From positions 2,985,961-3,049,960 of the forward strand of contig CBDBPM010000002.1 in the NCBI GenBank assembly GCA_965208735.1: a stretch of DNA of 64,000 bases, given 5' to 3'. Below are positions 18,855-27,383 of this stretch, one piece after another. The position numbers were made by a program, and so were the translations under genes. Numbering within the stretch: the first letter of the stretch is position 1; each line of letters begins with the position of its first letter. The notes under the pieces are model-generated. The model was not told the origin of the DNA. It searched no databases and saw only the letters and a list, made by a program, of their open reading frames with translations. The DNA comes from Candidatus Poribacteria bacterium (GTDB lineage: Bacteria > Poribacteria > WGA-4E > WGA-3G).

Positions 18855-19235
18855 CTACACCATCCACCGTTCGCCAATACCGAGCAGTGCCATCAATACT
18901 TGCAAAAGCACGCTCTCGGCATCAGGTCCGATAAACTGTCGATGTGTATCAATATAGGTGCCGTAATCGGCAGCCCATTCACGAAAATAGGTTTGATATT
19001 CCCAACCGTTAGCGGTGCGTTGGAAAATGGACCGATCCGGGTAGGGGAGTTTCTGTGTTAGGAGTTGCTGGAGTTGTTCGAGTGTCGGTATCCAAACGCC
19101 TTCGGTGTCTTCTGTTTCCGGACGGAGTGCCTGGATTTCAGAGTGCCGACATCTCTCCAAGTATTCTTGCGGATATTTCTGTTTCTCGGATTGATCCATA
19201 GGTTTGGATTGAGGACTTAATATCTCGTTTTTCAA
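18855..19235 (-). CDS. Hypothetical protein
   Basis: 126-aa ORF on the same strand as the neighbouring hypothetical gene. No recognisable motif. Confidence 0.4.
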   Translation of the reverse strand: MKNEILSPQSKPMDQSEKQKYPQEYLERCRHSEIQALRPETEDTEGVWIPTLEQLQQLLTQKLPYPDRSIFQRTANGWEYQTYFREWAADYGTYIDTHRQFIGPDAESVLLQVLMALLGIGERWMV

Positions 19236-19260
19236 GCCACCTGTGCTATACCTACTATGC

Positions 19261-19592
19261 TTATTCTTCGGTTTCTGTTGTTTCCGTGGAGGCGATAGGG
19301 ATATCTGGATTGAGGCGGGAGTGATGCATTGCCCAGTAGATAGCCGCTGTAATTACGCCGCCGATGAGGATTGCTATACCCCATATCGCAGGACCTGCTA
19401 TAATCAAAGTTCGTACGCGATCTAACCCAAAGTTCGTACGCGATCTAACCGAGCCGCGTCTCGGTAAACTGCTATAGCAAAGACGATTTTTATCAAGATT
19501 CCGAAAACTGTGGCAGCAATTCCCCAGACCACAGTCACCAGAGCCAATGTTATCAAAAAACCGGTATCTAAATCTGTAATGTCAAAATTCAT
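19261..19592 (-). pseudogene. Small membrane protein gene (~102 aa when repaired) frameshifted by a 23-bp tandem duplication
   Basis: Minus-strand ATG at 19592 with GGAG SD. Frame reads MNFDITDLDTGFLITLALVTVVWGIAATVFGILIKIVFAIAVYRDAARLDRVRTLG then a stop inside copy 2 of the repeat. Removing one 23-bp copy restores ...LDRVRTLIIAGPAIWGIAILIGGVITAAIYWAMHHSRLNPDIPIASTETTETEE, ending at the stop at 19261. Confidence 0.6.
19405..19450. repeat. Perfect 23-bp tandem direct duplication (CAAAGTTCGTACGCGATCTAACC x2)
   Basis: Read directly; 19405-19427 equals 19428-19450. Confidence 0.9.
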
Positions 19593-19945
19593 TTCACTTT
19601 CTCCGCGTTGGACTTGAAGGGTATTATACGGTGTGAACGCTTAATTGTCAACGTTTCTTGGGAGGGGTTTCAGAGGTATTCAGTTGTTGGTGATTCGCAG
19701 TCAATCACCTATTTCCATCGGAGTCATTTCTTTAGTCCCGTAGGGACGAAATGTTTATAGAAAAGGATTCTATCTATCTTTCAGCCCTGTAAGGGCGGCA
19801 TGTTTATATTATCTTGATTCTTCCGGTCAAATGTGCTATTATATGTTAAGGTTAATAGTGGCGGTGCTGATGGGAGACTTACCGTGTGTCTAACACTATA
19901 ACGCTATTTAACGCAACCCATTGTTATACATGAGGTGTTAATTCA

Positions 19946-22900
19946 ATGAATTTACAGGAATCTCAAGATAGTATCGGTAAATTAATGTTAAAGTTTGTAG
20001 ATGAAATTAGAGTTGCAACCGCAATGGGTAAAAGGGATATTAATTGTGTATCTGAAAATGTATTAATTCAATTGTTTTCCGAAATCTATGAACATACACA
20101 TTTAAAAAATTTAAATGTGTCCGAGGGGTCTAATTTTCCCGCAATAGATTTAGGCGATAAAAAAACGAGAACAGCTTACCAAATTACATCAACGCCTAAT
20201 TCCCGAAAGGTCAAACGGACTTTAGAAAAATTTGTTGCTCGTGAACTATACAAAGAATACGACCATCTTGTCATCTATATCTTGACAGAAAAACAAAGCA
20301 GATATCAATCAAAAAAAATTGACGAAATCGTAAATGGTAAATTCACTTTTGACAAAAAAAATGACATACTTGATTATAGCGACTTACTCAAAGAAATTTC
20401 AGGATTTTCTCTGGAAAAGACGCGCAGAGTAGAGCATATACTTGAGCAACATTTCGGTGAAGGGCAGATGGGTGACGAACCTCAGGATATATTGGATTGG
20501 TTAGAACAGGTTAATAACTTATGGAGTGAGGAATCAGGAACGATAAAAATTAATCGAGAAGAATTACACAATGACTTGCAGGACTTTGCCTCGCGAGGAA
20601 ACGGGGTAGTTATTGGAGGTCCAGGGGTCGGAAAAACATATTTACTTAAAGAACTCCATCAACACCTGAAGTCATCCGAAACACCGCATCTATTTTTGCC
20701 CATTGATCAACTTGGAGATGGCACTGCCGAAACCTTACGGCAAGAGTTATCTTACAAAGGTGACCTGATTGAAAAGTTGAAATCCGTTCCGGTATCAAAC
20801 GATAAATCAATTTTGCTGTTCGATGCCTTTGATGCAGCTCGAGATGAAGAGACGCGCAATCGCTTTTTAAAGTTAATACGGCGCGCAATCTATAAACTCA
20901 AAGAGTCATGGAATATTATCGTTACTGTTCGCACTTATGATGCCACGAAATCGCAAGAACTCTTAGATCTATTCAGCAATGTTGATAATATAGATCTATC
21001 CAAATACCAAACCGATGGAATTTTATGTCGCCATTTCACAATTCCACCGTTCAATAAGAACGAGATATTACAAGCATTAAGTCAAATTGGATGTCCAAAA
21101 TCTGTTTACGACGACGGCTCTGACGACTTTAAGAAAATCCTTGCAAAGCCGTTTAATCTCTGGTTATTGGAAAAAATTGTGCTGATAAAAAGAAAACAAG
21201 GAGATTCATCACAAGAAATTGTGCGTATTTTTAGCCAGATTCGTTCCGAAGTTCAGTTACTGGATCGGTTTTGGCAACGACGAATTGGAGATAAAAACAA
21301 GGCACGAATTCTACGGCAGATCTCACATCAAATGGTTAAGGAGCGTTCGTTGACTGTCAGGATAGATAAGATTGATAAGGATGTGAACCTTGATGAACCA
21401 GTTTTTGATAAACTCCAGAGTGATGAAATCTTAGCAAAGGTCTCTTCGACTGGACGACGGATTGCTTTTTCTCACAATATTCTCTTTGACTATGCAATTA
21501 GCGTCTTGCTCATTGATGATGAACCTCATCACCTTGAAGAGTTCATCCTTGAAGAACCGTCGCGTCCGCTTTTTCTACGACCAAGCCTCACCTATTTTTT
21601 CACTCGTCTCTGGTATTATGATGCTGAAAGTTTTTGGAAGGCTTTCTGGCACATTTTTCCGAGTGATCAATCTGTACATTTGCGTCTCGTCGCGCGCTTA
21701 ATTCCGACAAGCGTTATCGCAAATGAAGCCAGTACTGTTGACCAACTCACATCGCTTTTAGGGAAACTACAGAACGGAGACCCTGTCGCAAGCAAGACGA
21801 TGGCGAGACTTTTGCAGTCACTCCGAATGCTGGAAATTGAGCGTGACACACTTTGGATCGATTTTTTCGATCAAATTTCAGCACACTTACACAGTGACTT
21901 TGCTTGGGATTTAGCAACCCTCACTTCAGGTATTCTTGAGCGAGTACCAAAAACTGAAACATCTATCATAGACGCTTGTGGACGGATTGGCCGGCGGTTA
22001 CTTGAGTGGGTGTGGAAGGAAAGAGAAGTAAGAGAAAGCGATTGGTATGATCGGTTCGGTAGTTATGGTGCGGTGCCGCTTGTTGCCAAAACATATCACA
22101 CAAATATTGAAGAATCTCGTGTCCTTCTTGAAAAGGTTCTTGAGCTGCTATCGAGAAACAATTTTCCGATAGACTTTCCATCAAGGTTGACTGAACATGT
22201 TGACAAAATTTGGAAGCATGATCCTGAATTTGTTGCCTCGGTCTATAGAGCAGTATTTACCCACTACGAGCTCAGCGATGAAGAGGTACATCGAGGTGGA
22301 TTCATTTTACCATTTAGAAGTTTCCGCAGGCAAGATTATAGGATGTGCCAATATCGGTTGGGAAAGCATCTCCCTGATTTTCTTCGCGCAGCACGATTAA
22401 CTGCCGTGGATGCAGTAATTCGTAGTCTAAATAACTTCATTATCCACACACGTATAGATAAACCACTTGAGGGTTTCATAGAGACATTTAATTTTCGAGG
22501 AGAACTCGCTAGCTTTGTCCAAGACAGTAGTCATATATGGGATCGACAGAAAACTCCGCCTGAACCAATTAAACTTGCGAATGCCTTGTTTGACTACATA
22601 GTAGAATTGGCAAAGTTAGAAGATCCGCTTCTTGATTCAATTCTTGATGTTTTTCGTGATGAGGTGCGGATTGCGTTTTTCTGGAAACGGCTTTTGAAGA
22701 CAGCATCACAGTTTCCCAAAGTTTTCGCGCCACGCCTCTTTGAATTATGTGTCGCGAAACCAATACAGTCCCATTTTGAAGTCTCCTATGAATTTGGGAT
22801 ATTTTTAGAGGCCGCTGCGCCTGAATTTACGTCAAACCAACTTTGTCAGGTTGAAGAGAGCATCTTGGCAATTCCTGAAGAGACAGAGGATAATCAGGAA

Positions 22901-24580
22901 TCTCTTAAACTGCGGAGAAATCGTCTTCTTGCACAAATTCCCGCGGATTTGCTACGTACTGATGAGGCAAAGCAAATTCGGGAAGAAATGGAACGTGAAA
23001 ATAGTGTTCCAGTAAATCAACCTCCAGTGAGTGTTAGTGTCACATCTCAACCTTTTACTGAGGAAATGTGGTTTCAAGAACAAGGGATTGACACAACCAC
23101 ACCTGAAAATCAAGAATTACGTCGTTTTTCCGATCATCTCGATAAATTCAGTTCTGATTGGCGAAATGATATACCAACTCAGAAAGCCGCAGAATTGATT
23201 TTACCGCAATTACAGGAGGCATACACCGCCCTAAAGAGTAACAACACAATAGCCGATCAAGCGGTAATTGATTCGCTATGGCGTAAACTAACCGATTGTA
23301 TCGCAATTCTTGGTCGGATCGCTAATAATCTTGAAAGTGATTCCTTTACTTTTTGCCGTCAGGTGCTTTTAGAAGGGGTGGAACAACCTATACCTGATTT
23401 CTATTGTGATGAACAATTCGATTCTTCAGCTTATTCGCCATATCCACGACATGCAGCAGCCTCTGGGTTGCTTCGACTCTCGTTTCACCAACCAGGTCCG
23501 GAAATATTGGATGCAATCGAGAAACTTGCGAATGACCCGGTGCCATCTGTCCGGATGGTAACAGCGATGGAGTTGACCAATGTTTATGCCAAAGCTTCAG
23601 ATAGATTCTGGCATATCATGGACAGTAGGGCGGTAAATGAACCAAATCACGTCGTTCAAGAATATCTCTACTTTATATTAGATTATGTCGTCGCACATCG
23701 AAAAGAGAATGAAGCCAAAGTAACCCACGCTATGGAAAAACTGCTTGAACACACGCCCTCACCGCCGGGAAAACAAGGACTTTCAGATCCATTTGCCGAT
23801 TTGTTGATGTGGTTGGCAATTGAACGCGAGAATTCATGGGCATTGAAAACAATCCAAGATAGATTTTTCAAACAACCGATCCGGTTTGCTGACATCCTGA
23901 CCCGTATCGTGGATAAGGCCATGACAAATTACGTTGTCCCCAAGCACCTTGAAACATCTGATGGACGCGAAAGGACAAAACGCGCCGTTGAATGGGTAGG
24001 TAAAGCAATTACTGTAGCCTCTAATGGAGTTAAGGAGTTATGCACCACCCTTAAAAAGCATAGGGATGAGGAAATAGAGAAAGAGTTACATGACACCTAC
24101 ACAGTGATTGAGGGGGTTATCACGTGTCTTTACTATGAGGTTGCACATGAAAGAGAACAGTCTAATAAACCAAAGGAGGAGGTTTCCTATAGGTTGCACT
24201 GCCGTTTTTATAGTGAAGTTAAGCCACTAATGGAACAAGTCATCAATTTTGCACTCAACAAAGAACACGGTATAATGTTCGCACCGACAGCACACTATTT
24301 TATGCAAGTTCTAACCAGCTTTCTCAGTTGTGATCCCAAAGGTGTTTTGCATTTAGCAACCGGGGTTGTCCAGTCAAGCGAACCGTCCGGTTACAATCTC
24401 GATTCCATTGCGGTTCGTGATGTTGTTGAATTCGTTGAAATTGTGCTTGCTGATTATCGACATGAAGTGCGCGACGGTGAAGCCTTGGAAGACCTCTTGA
24501 ATCTGTTAGATCTTTTTGCTAAAATAGGTTGGTCGGATGCGATTAAACTCGTCTGGCGGCTTGATGAAGTTTTCCGCTAA
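19946..24580 (+). CDS. NACHT-type STAND P-loop NTPase (1544 aa) with an uncharacterised N-terminal domain of about 200 aa and a helical-repeat C-terminal region of about 1200 aa; candidate antiphage/conflict-system protein
   Basis: Walker A GGPGVGKTY. NACHT-type Walker B ILLFDAFDAARDEE (hhhhDxhDE) and sensor IIVTVRTYD (hhhTSR-like). Long alpha-helical ARM/HEAT/TPR-like C-terminus. N-terminal domain carries NFPAIDLGDKKTRTAYQITST. The gene is clearly more AT-rich than its flanks. Confidence 0.7.
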   Translation: MNLQESQDSIGKLMLKFVDEIRVATAMGKRDINCVSENVLIQLFSEIYEHTHLKNLNVSEGSNFPAIDLGDKKTRTAYQITSTPNSRKVKRTLEKFVARELYKEYDHLVIYILTEKQSRYQSKKIDEIVNGKFTFDKKNDILDYSDLLKEISGFSLEKTRRVEHILEQHFGEGQMGDEPQDILDWLEQVNNLWSEESGTIKINREELHNDLQDFASRGNGVVIGGPGVGKTYLLKELHQHLKSSETPHLFLPIDQLGDGTAETLRQELSYKGDLIEKLKSVPVSNDKSILLFDAFDAARDEETRNRFLKLIRRAIYKLKESWNIIVTVRTYDATKSQELLDLFSNVDNIDLSKYQTDGILCRHFTIPPFNKNEILQALSQIGCPKSVYDDGSDDFKKILAKPFNLWLLEKIVLIKRKQGDSSQEIVRIFSQIRSEVQLLDRFWQRRIGDKNKARILRQISHQMVKERSLTVRIDKIDKDVNLDEPVFDKLQSDEILAKVSSTGRRIAFSHNILFDYAISVLLIDDEPHHLEEFILEEPSRPLFLRPSLTYFFTRLWYYDAESFWKAFWHIFPSDQSVHLRLVARLIPTSVIANEASTVDQLTSLLGKLQNGDPVASKTMARLLQSLRMLEIERDTLWIDFFDQISAHLHSDFAWDLATLTSGILERVPKTETSIIDACGRIGRRLLEWVWKEREVRESDWYDRFGSYGAVPLVAKTYHTNIEESRVLLEKVLELLSRNNFPIDFPSRLTEHVDKIWKHDPEFVASVYRAVFTHYELSDEEVHRGGFILPFRSFRRQDYRMCQYRLGKHLPDFLRAARLTAVDAVIRSLNNFIIHTRIDKPLEGFIETFNFRGELASFVQDSSHIWDRQKTPPEPIKLANALFDYIVELAKLEDPLLDSILDVFRDEVRIAFFWKRLLKTASQFPKVFAPRLFELCVAKPIQSHFEVSYEFGIFLEAAAPEFTSNQLCQVEESILAIPEETEDNQESLKLRRNRLLAQIPADLLRTDEAKQIREEMERENSVPVNQPPVSVSVTSQPFTEEMWFQEQGIDTTTPENQELRRFSDHLDKFSSDWRNDIPTQKAAELILPQLQEAYTALKSNNTIADQAVIDSLWRKLTDCIAILGRIANNLESDSFTFCRQVLLEGVEQPIPDFYCDEQFDSSAYSPYPRHAAASGLLRLSFHQPGPEILDAIEKLANDPVPSVRMVTAMELTNVYAKASDRFWHIMDSRAVNEPNHVVQEYLYFILDYVVAHRKENEAKVTHAMEKLLEHTPSPPGKQGLSDPFADLLMWLAIERENSWALKTIQDRFFKQPIRFADILTRIVDKAMTNYVVPKHLETSDGRERTKRAVEWVGKAITVASNGVKELCTTLKKHRDEEIEKELHDTYTVIEGVITCLYYEVAHEREQSNKPKEEVSYRLHCRFYSEVKPLMEQVINFALNKEHGIMFAPTAHYFMQVLTSFLSCDPKGVLHLATGVVQSSEPSGYNLDSIAVRDVVEFVEIVLADYRHEVRDGEALEDLLNLLDLFAKIGWSDAIKLVWRLDEVFR

Positions 24581-24629
24581 GTTGGCTTACTTTTTCTTAA
24601 AAAAGACATTATTATATTGGAGCGTCTTT

Positions 24630-24836
24630 ATGCTTAATATCAATCCGAAATATATTGTTGATGACACAGGCGAAAAAACTGCTGCTGTCCTTACAATAAA
24701 AGAATATCATCTCCTCATAAAGCGTCTTGAGGACTTAGAGGACATTTTAGAGATGGATTCAGTTGTTGAAACTGCGACGGACTTTCGGGACTATCAAGAA
24801 ATTCGATCTGACTTAGAGAAAGAAGGAAAACTTTGA
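24630..24836 (+). CDS. Type II antitoxin, Phd/YefM-like
   Basis: 68-aa product MLNINPKYIVDDTGEKTAAVLTIKEYHLLIKRLEDLEDILEMD... fits the Phd/YefM pattern. ATG with GGAG SD. Its stop overlaps the start of the RelE-like gene. Confidence 0.5.
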   Translation: MLNINPKYIVDDTGEKTAAVLTIKEYHLLIKRLEDLEDILEMDSVVETATDFRDYQEIRSDLEKEGKL

Positions 24837-25105
24837 ACAGTTCGACGGTTTATACGGTGCAATTGGAGCGTCGTGCTGAGAGAGAAATTCGGAATCTACC
24901 GCAGCATGTCATCCGTCGTATTGATGCTATATTCCAACAATTGGAAAGTAATCCTCGGCCTCCTGGGGTTGTTAAACTTTCAGGACAGATAAGTGATAGT
25001 TGGCGACTACGTGTTGGGGCGTACCGAGTTCTCTATCGAATAGACGATGAAAATCATCGTGTCAGAATTTATCGAATCAAGCATCGTGGGAGAGTTTACC
25101 GTTGA
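24833..25105 (+). CDS. Type II toxin, RelE/ParE family
   Basis: 90 aa. ...YTVQLERRAEREIRNLPQHVIRRIDAIFQQLESNPRPPGVVKLSG...WRLRVGAYRVLYRIDDENHRVRIYRIKHRGRVY matches the RelE/ParE fold consensus. The 4-bp overlap with the upstream antitoxin suggests translational coupling. Confidence 0.65.
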   Translation: MNSSTVYTVQLERRAEREIRNLPQHVIRRIDAIFQQLESNPRPPGVVKLSGQISDSWRLRVGAYRVLYRIDDENHRVRIYRIKHRGRVYR

Positions 25106-25121
25106 CCAGAGGTTAGAGAAT

Positions 25122-26303
25122 ATGAAAATAACTGAAATTCAGAATGAGTTGGCAGCGTTAGACTTAGACGCGTGGCTCCTATACGATTTTCGTGGGATAA
25201 ACCCGATTGCACAGAACGTCGCAGGCTTAGCGGAGGCACACATTACCCGCCGATGGTTCTGCCTTATCCCTAAACACGGTGAGCCGCGATGGTTGGTCCA
25301 TCGGATTGAGACATCAAACTTCACCAACGTGCAAGGACAGGTGGCGCTTTACGCAGGATGGGAAGAACTTAATGAGGCGATCCGTACCCTGCTTACGGGT
25401 GTCAAAATGGTTGCGATGGAGTATTCACCAAACGCCGAAATTCCCTACATTTCACGGGTAGATGCCGGCACGCTGGAGTGGATCCGTTCGTTTGGGATTG
25501 AAGTGCAAACGTCTGCGGAACTTGCACAACGGGTAGAGGCACGTCTCAGCGATGCGCAAGCAGCAGGACATCAGACATCCGCACACTCGGTATTGCGAGC
25601 GAAAGATTACGCTTTTGCGTGGATCGGTTCGCAGCTGCGTGATAGGAAAACAATTACGGAATACGACGTACAGCAAGAGATTCTCGGACAATTTGATGCA
25701 ATGGATTTGGTTACAGATCACCCACCGATTGTCGCTGTAAATGCAAAGAGCAGCGACCCGCACTATGCACCCAGTGCAACGGATACCCAAGCGATTAAAG
25801 CAGGTGATTTCATTCTGATCGATTTATGGGCAAAGCAGAAAGACCCAGATGCGGTTTTTGCGGACACGACATGGGTGGCTTATGCCGGGGAAACCGTCCC
25901 TACGCGGTACGTTGAAATTTTCGATATCGTCAAGGAAGCGCGGGATAAAGCCATACGATTCATCCGAGAAAAATGGGCAGTCGATGCACCCATTCACGGT
26001 TATGAGGTGGATGATTGTGTCCGCGGGTATATCACTGAAAAGGGATACGGACAATTCTTCATTCACCGTACAGGACACAACATCGGCACTGTTATCCACG
26101 GGAACGGCGTGAATTTAGATAACTTAGAGACGCGGGATGCACGTGCCTTGATCTCTGGTGTCTGTTTCTCAATTGAGCCGGGTATCTACCTCACCGATTT
26201 CGGCGTGCGGACAGAAGTTGACGTTTTCTTAGCCGGTCCAGGGAGAGACGGCGTAAAAGTGACAACCGCTCCCGTTCAAAATCAGGTATTACCATTGCTG
26301 TAA
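25122..26303 (+). CDS. Xaa-Pro aminopeptidase / M24-family metallopeptidase (creatinase-like N-domain plus pita-bread fold)
   Basis: M24 metal-ligand context HRTGHNIGTVIHG and ...FSIEPGIY.... Start set at the ATG at 25122 (MKITEIQNELA) rather than the overlapping track start. Confidence 0.65.
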   Translation: MKITEIQNELAALDLDAWLLYDFRGINPIAQNVAGLAEAHITRRWFCLIPKHGEPRWLVHRIETSNFTNVQGQVALYAGWEELNEAIRTLLTGVKMVAMEYSPNAEIPYISRVDAGTLEWIRSFGIEVQTSAELAQRVEARLSDAQAAGHQTSAHSVLRAKDYAFAWIGSQLRDRKTITEYDVQQEILGQFDAMDLVTDHPPIVAVNAKSSDPHYAPSATDTQAIKAGDFILIDLWAKQKDPDAVFADTTWVAYAGETVPTRYVEIFDIVKEARDKAIRFIREKWAVDAPIHGYEVDDCVRGYITEKGYGQFFIHRTGHNIGTVIHGNGVNLDNLETRDARALISGVCFSIEPGIYLTDFGVRTEVDVFLAGPGRDGVKVTTAPVQNQVLPLL

Positions 26304-27042
26304 CCTGATAATTCCGTTTTTTCAGATCTGTGAGGATGTGGGATAGGTAGAGACGTGAGTTGAGGATCCACTGATCGGCATACGCTGCGGCAAGCAGCGG
26401 AAGTGCTGTTGTCAAACGAGGAGACTCAAGAAGCCACTGCTCAGCGTATTCGGCAAAGTCTGTGTCTACAAGTCCACTACTTCCGAGTGAATAGATCGCA
26501 TAACGTTTATCGTCCCGCGTCTCCATTCTCGGATTGAGCTGCGTGTCGAGTGTGAGGCGTTTTGTGCTGTCGATCTCAAGCACCCAAAAGAAATAATCTT
26601 CATTGTGTCCAAGGTAACCGATTTCTACGTCAAGCCGGTGTGGAGTTTCAGTGGTGATTGGGATGACCACCATGTCGCGTTTGAGTAAGACCGGATAGAT
26701 CGCTGCAAAGAAAATTTGTTCAAATCCGAGCGGTTGATGTGCATGTATCAGAGTGTCTAAGAGAATCTGTTCTTGTTCCGGACGTTTCAGCTCTAAGCAG
26801 CTTTTTGAGAAGACTTCATCTCTGAGCGCACGCATCTCAGGAGGCGCGTTTGCGTGAAGCGGTTGGAGTTCTTGTATGAGTCTAAGAATACGGCGGCGTT
26901 TAGGTATGGTACGCCAAAGCACCCAATGCCATACGGTCTGCCACATCTCCCTTTCACGCAGTTGGCTAAGGAGTGCTATCGCGCTCGTAAAAAAGCGTTG
27001 GAATATACTTTCAGATGCAAGGTTTCGTTGTTGGTTCGCCAT
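26191..27042 (-). CDS. Hypothetical protein (283 aa)
   Basis: Long ORF with coding-like composition. No motif recognised. Its 3' end overlaps the M24 gene by 113 bp in convergent orientation, which is unusual. Confidence 0.35.
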   Translation of the reverse strand: MANQQRNLASESIFQRFFTSAIALLSQLREREMWQTVWHWVLWRTIPKRRRILRLIQELQPLHANAPPEMRALRDEVFSKSCLELKRPEQEQILLDTLIHAHQPLGFEQIFFAAIYPVLLKRDMVVIPITTETPHRLDVEIGYLGHNEDYFFWVLEIDSTKRLTLDTQLNPRMETRDDKRYAIYSLGSSGLVDTDFAEYAEQWLLESPRLTTALPLLAAAYADQWILNSRLYLSHILTDLKKRNYQVTAMVIPDFERERLSLLRRLSLDRLRKRQLLSARRNR

Positions 27043-27044
27043 GG

Positions 27045-27140
27045 TTTTTTAGTTGTTAGTTGTTAGTTGTCAGTTATTAGTTACAAAAGAGGCGCGTTAA
27101 ACGAAAACCTCTTAACTGAAAACTGATAACTACTCAAGAC
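27045..27140. repeat. Heptamer-array inverted-repeat element #2: (AGTTGTT)n left arm and (AACTGAW)n right arm
   Basis: agttgttagttgttagttgtcagttattagttac ... aactgaaaactgataactact, with a central aagagg...cctctt hairpin. Confidence 0.7.
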
Positions 27141-27197
27141 TGAAAGTTTTTTCAAAAAAACGGACTGATGGCTGACGGTTAATGGCCAATTGAAAAT

Positions 27198-27226
27198 TTG
27201 ACTTTTCGCTGAGAGTGTGCTATAAT
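27198..27226 (+). promoter_or_regulatory. Sigma70-type promoter for tRNA-Leu: TTGACT, 17 bp spacer, TATAAT
   Basis: TTGACT at 27198-27203, a 17-nt spacer, and TATAAT at 27221-27226, about 17 nt upstream of the tRNA 5' end. Confidence 0.55.
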
Positions 27227-27243
27227 ATATGTTGCTAAACGCA

Positions 27244-27328
27244 GCCGGAGTGGTGAAATTGGTAGACGCACGGGACTCAAAATCCCGCGGGCCCTAGGTC
27301 CATGTCGGTTCGAGTCCGACCTCCGGCA
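27244..27328 (+). tRNA. tRNA-Leu (anticodon CAA), type II with long variable arm
   Basis: Acceptor stem GCCGGAG/CTCCGGC. Anticodon loop CUCAAAA. Long variable arm. T-arm GGTTCGAGTCC. No encoded CCA. Confidence 0.85.
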
Positions 27329-27331
27329 TCA

Positions 27332-27370
27332 GGCGATGGTTTTTCTTAAAGCCATCGCCTTCTCTTTTTC
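27332..27370. terminator. Intrinsic terminator: hairpin GGCGATGG...CCATCGCC followed by a T-rich tract; potentially bidirectional
   Basis: 8-bp GC-rich stem and 12-nt loop, then tctctttttcc. It lies between the tRNA 3' end and the stop of the minus gene at 27384. Confidence 0.55.
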
Positions 27371-27383
27371 CGGTCACTTTAGG

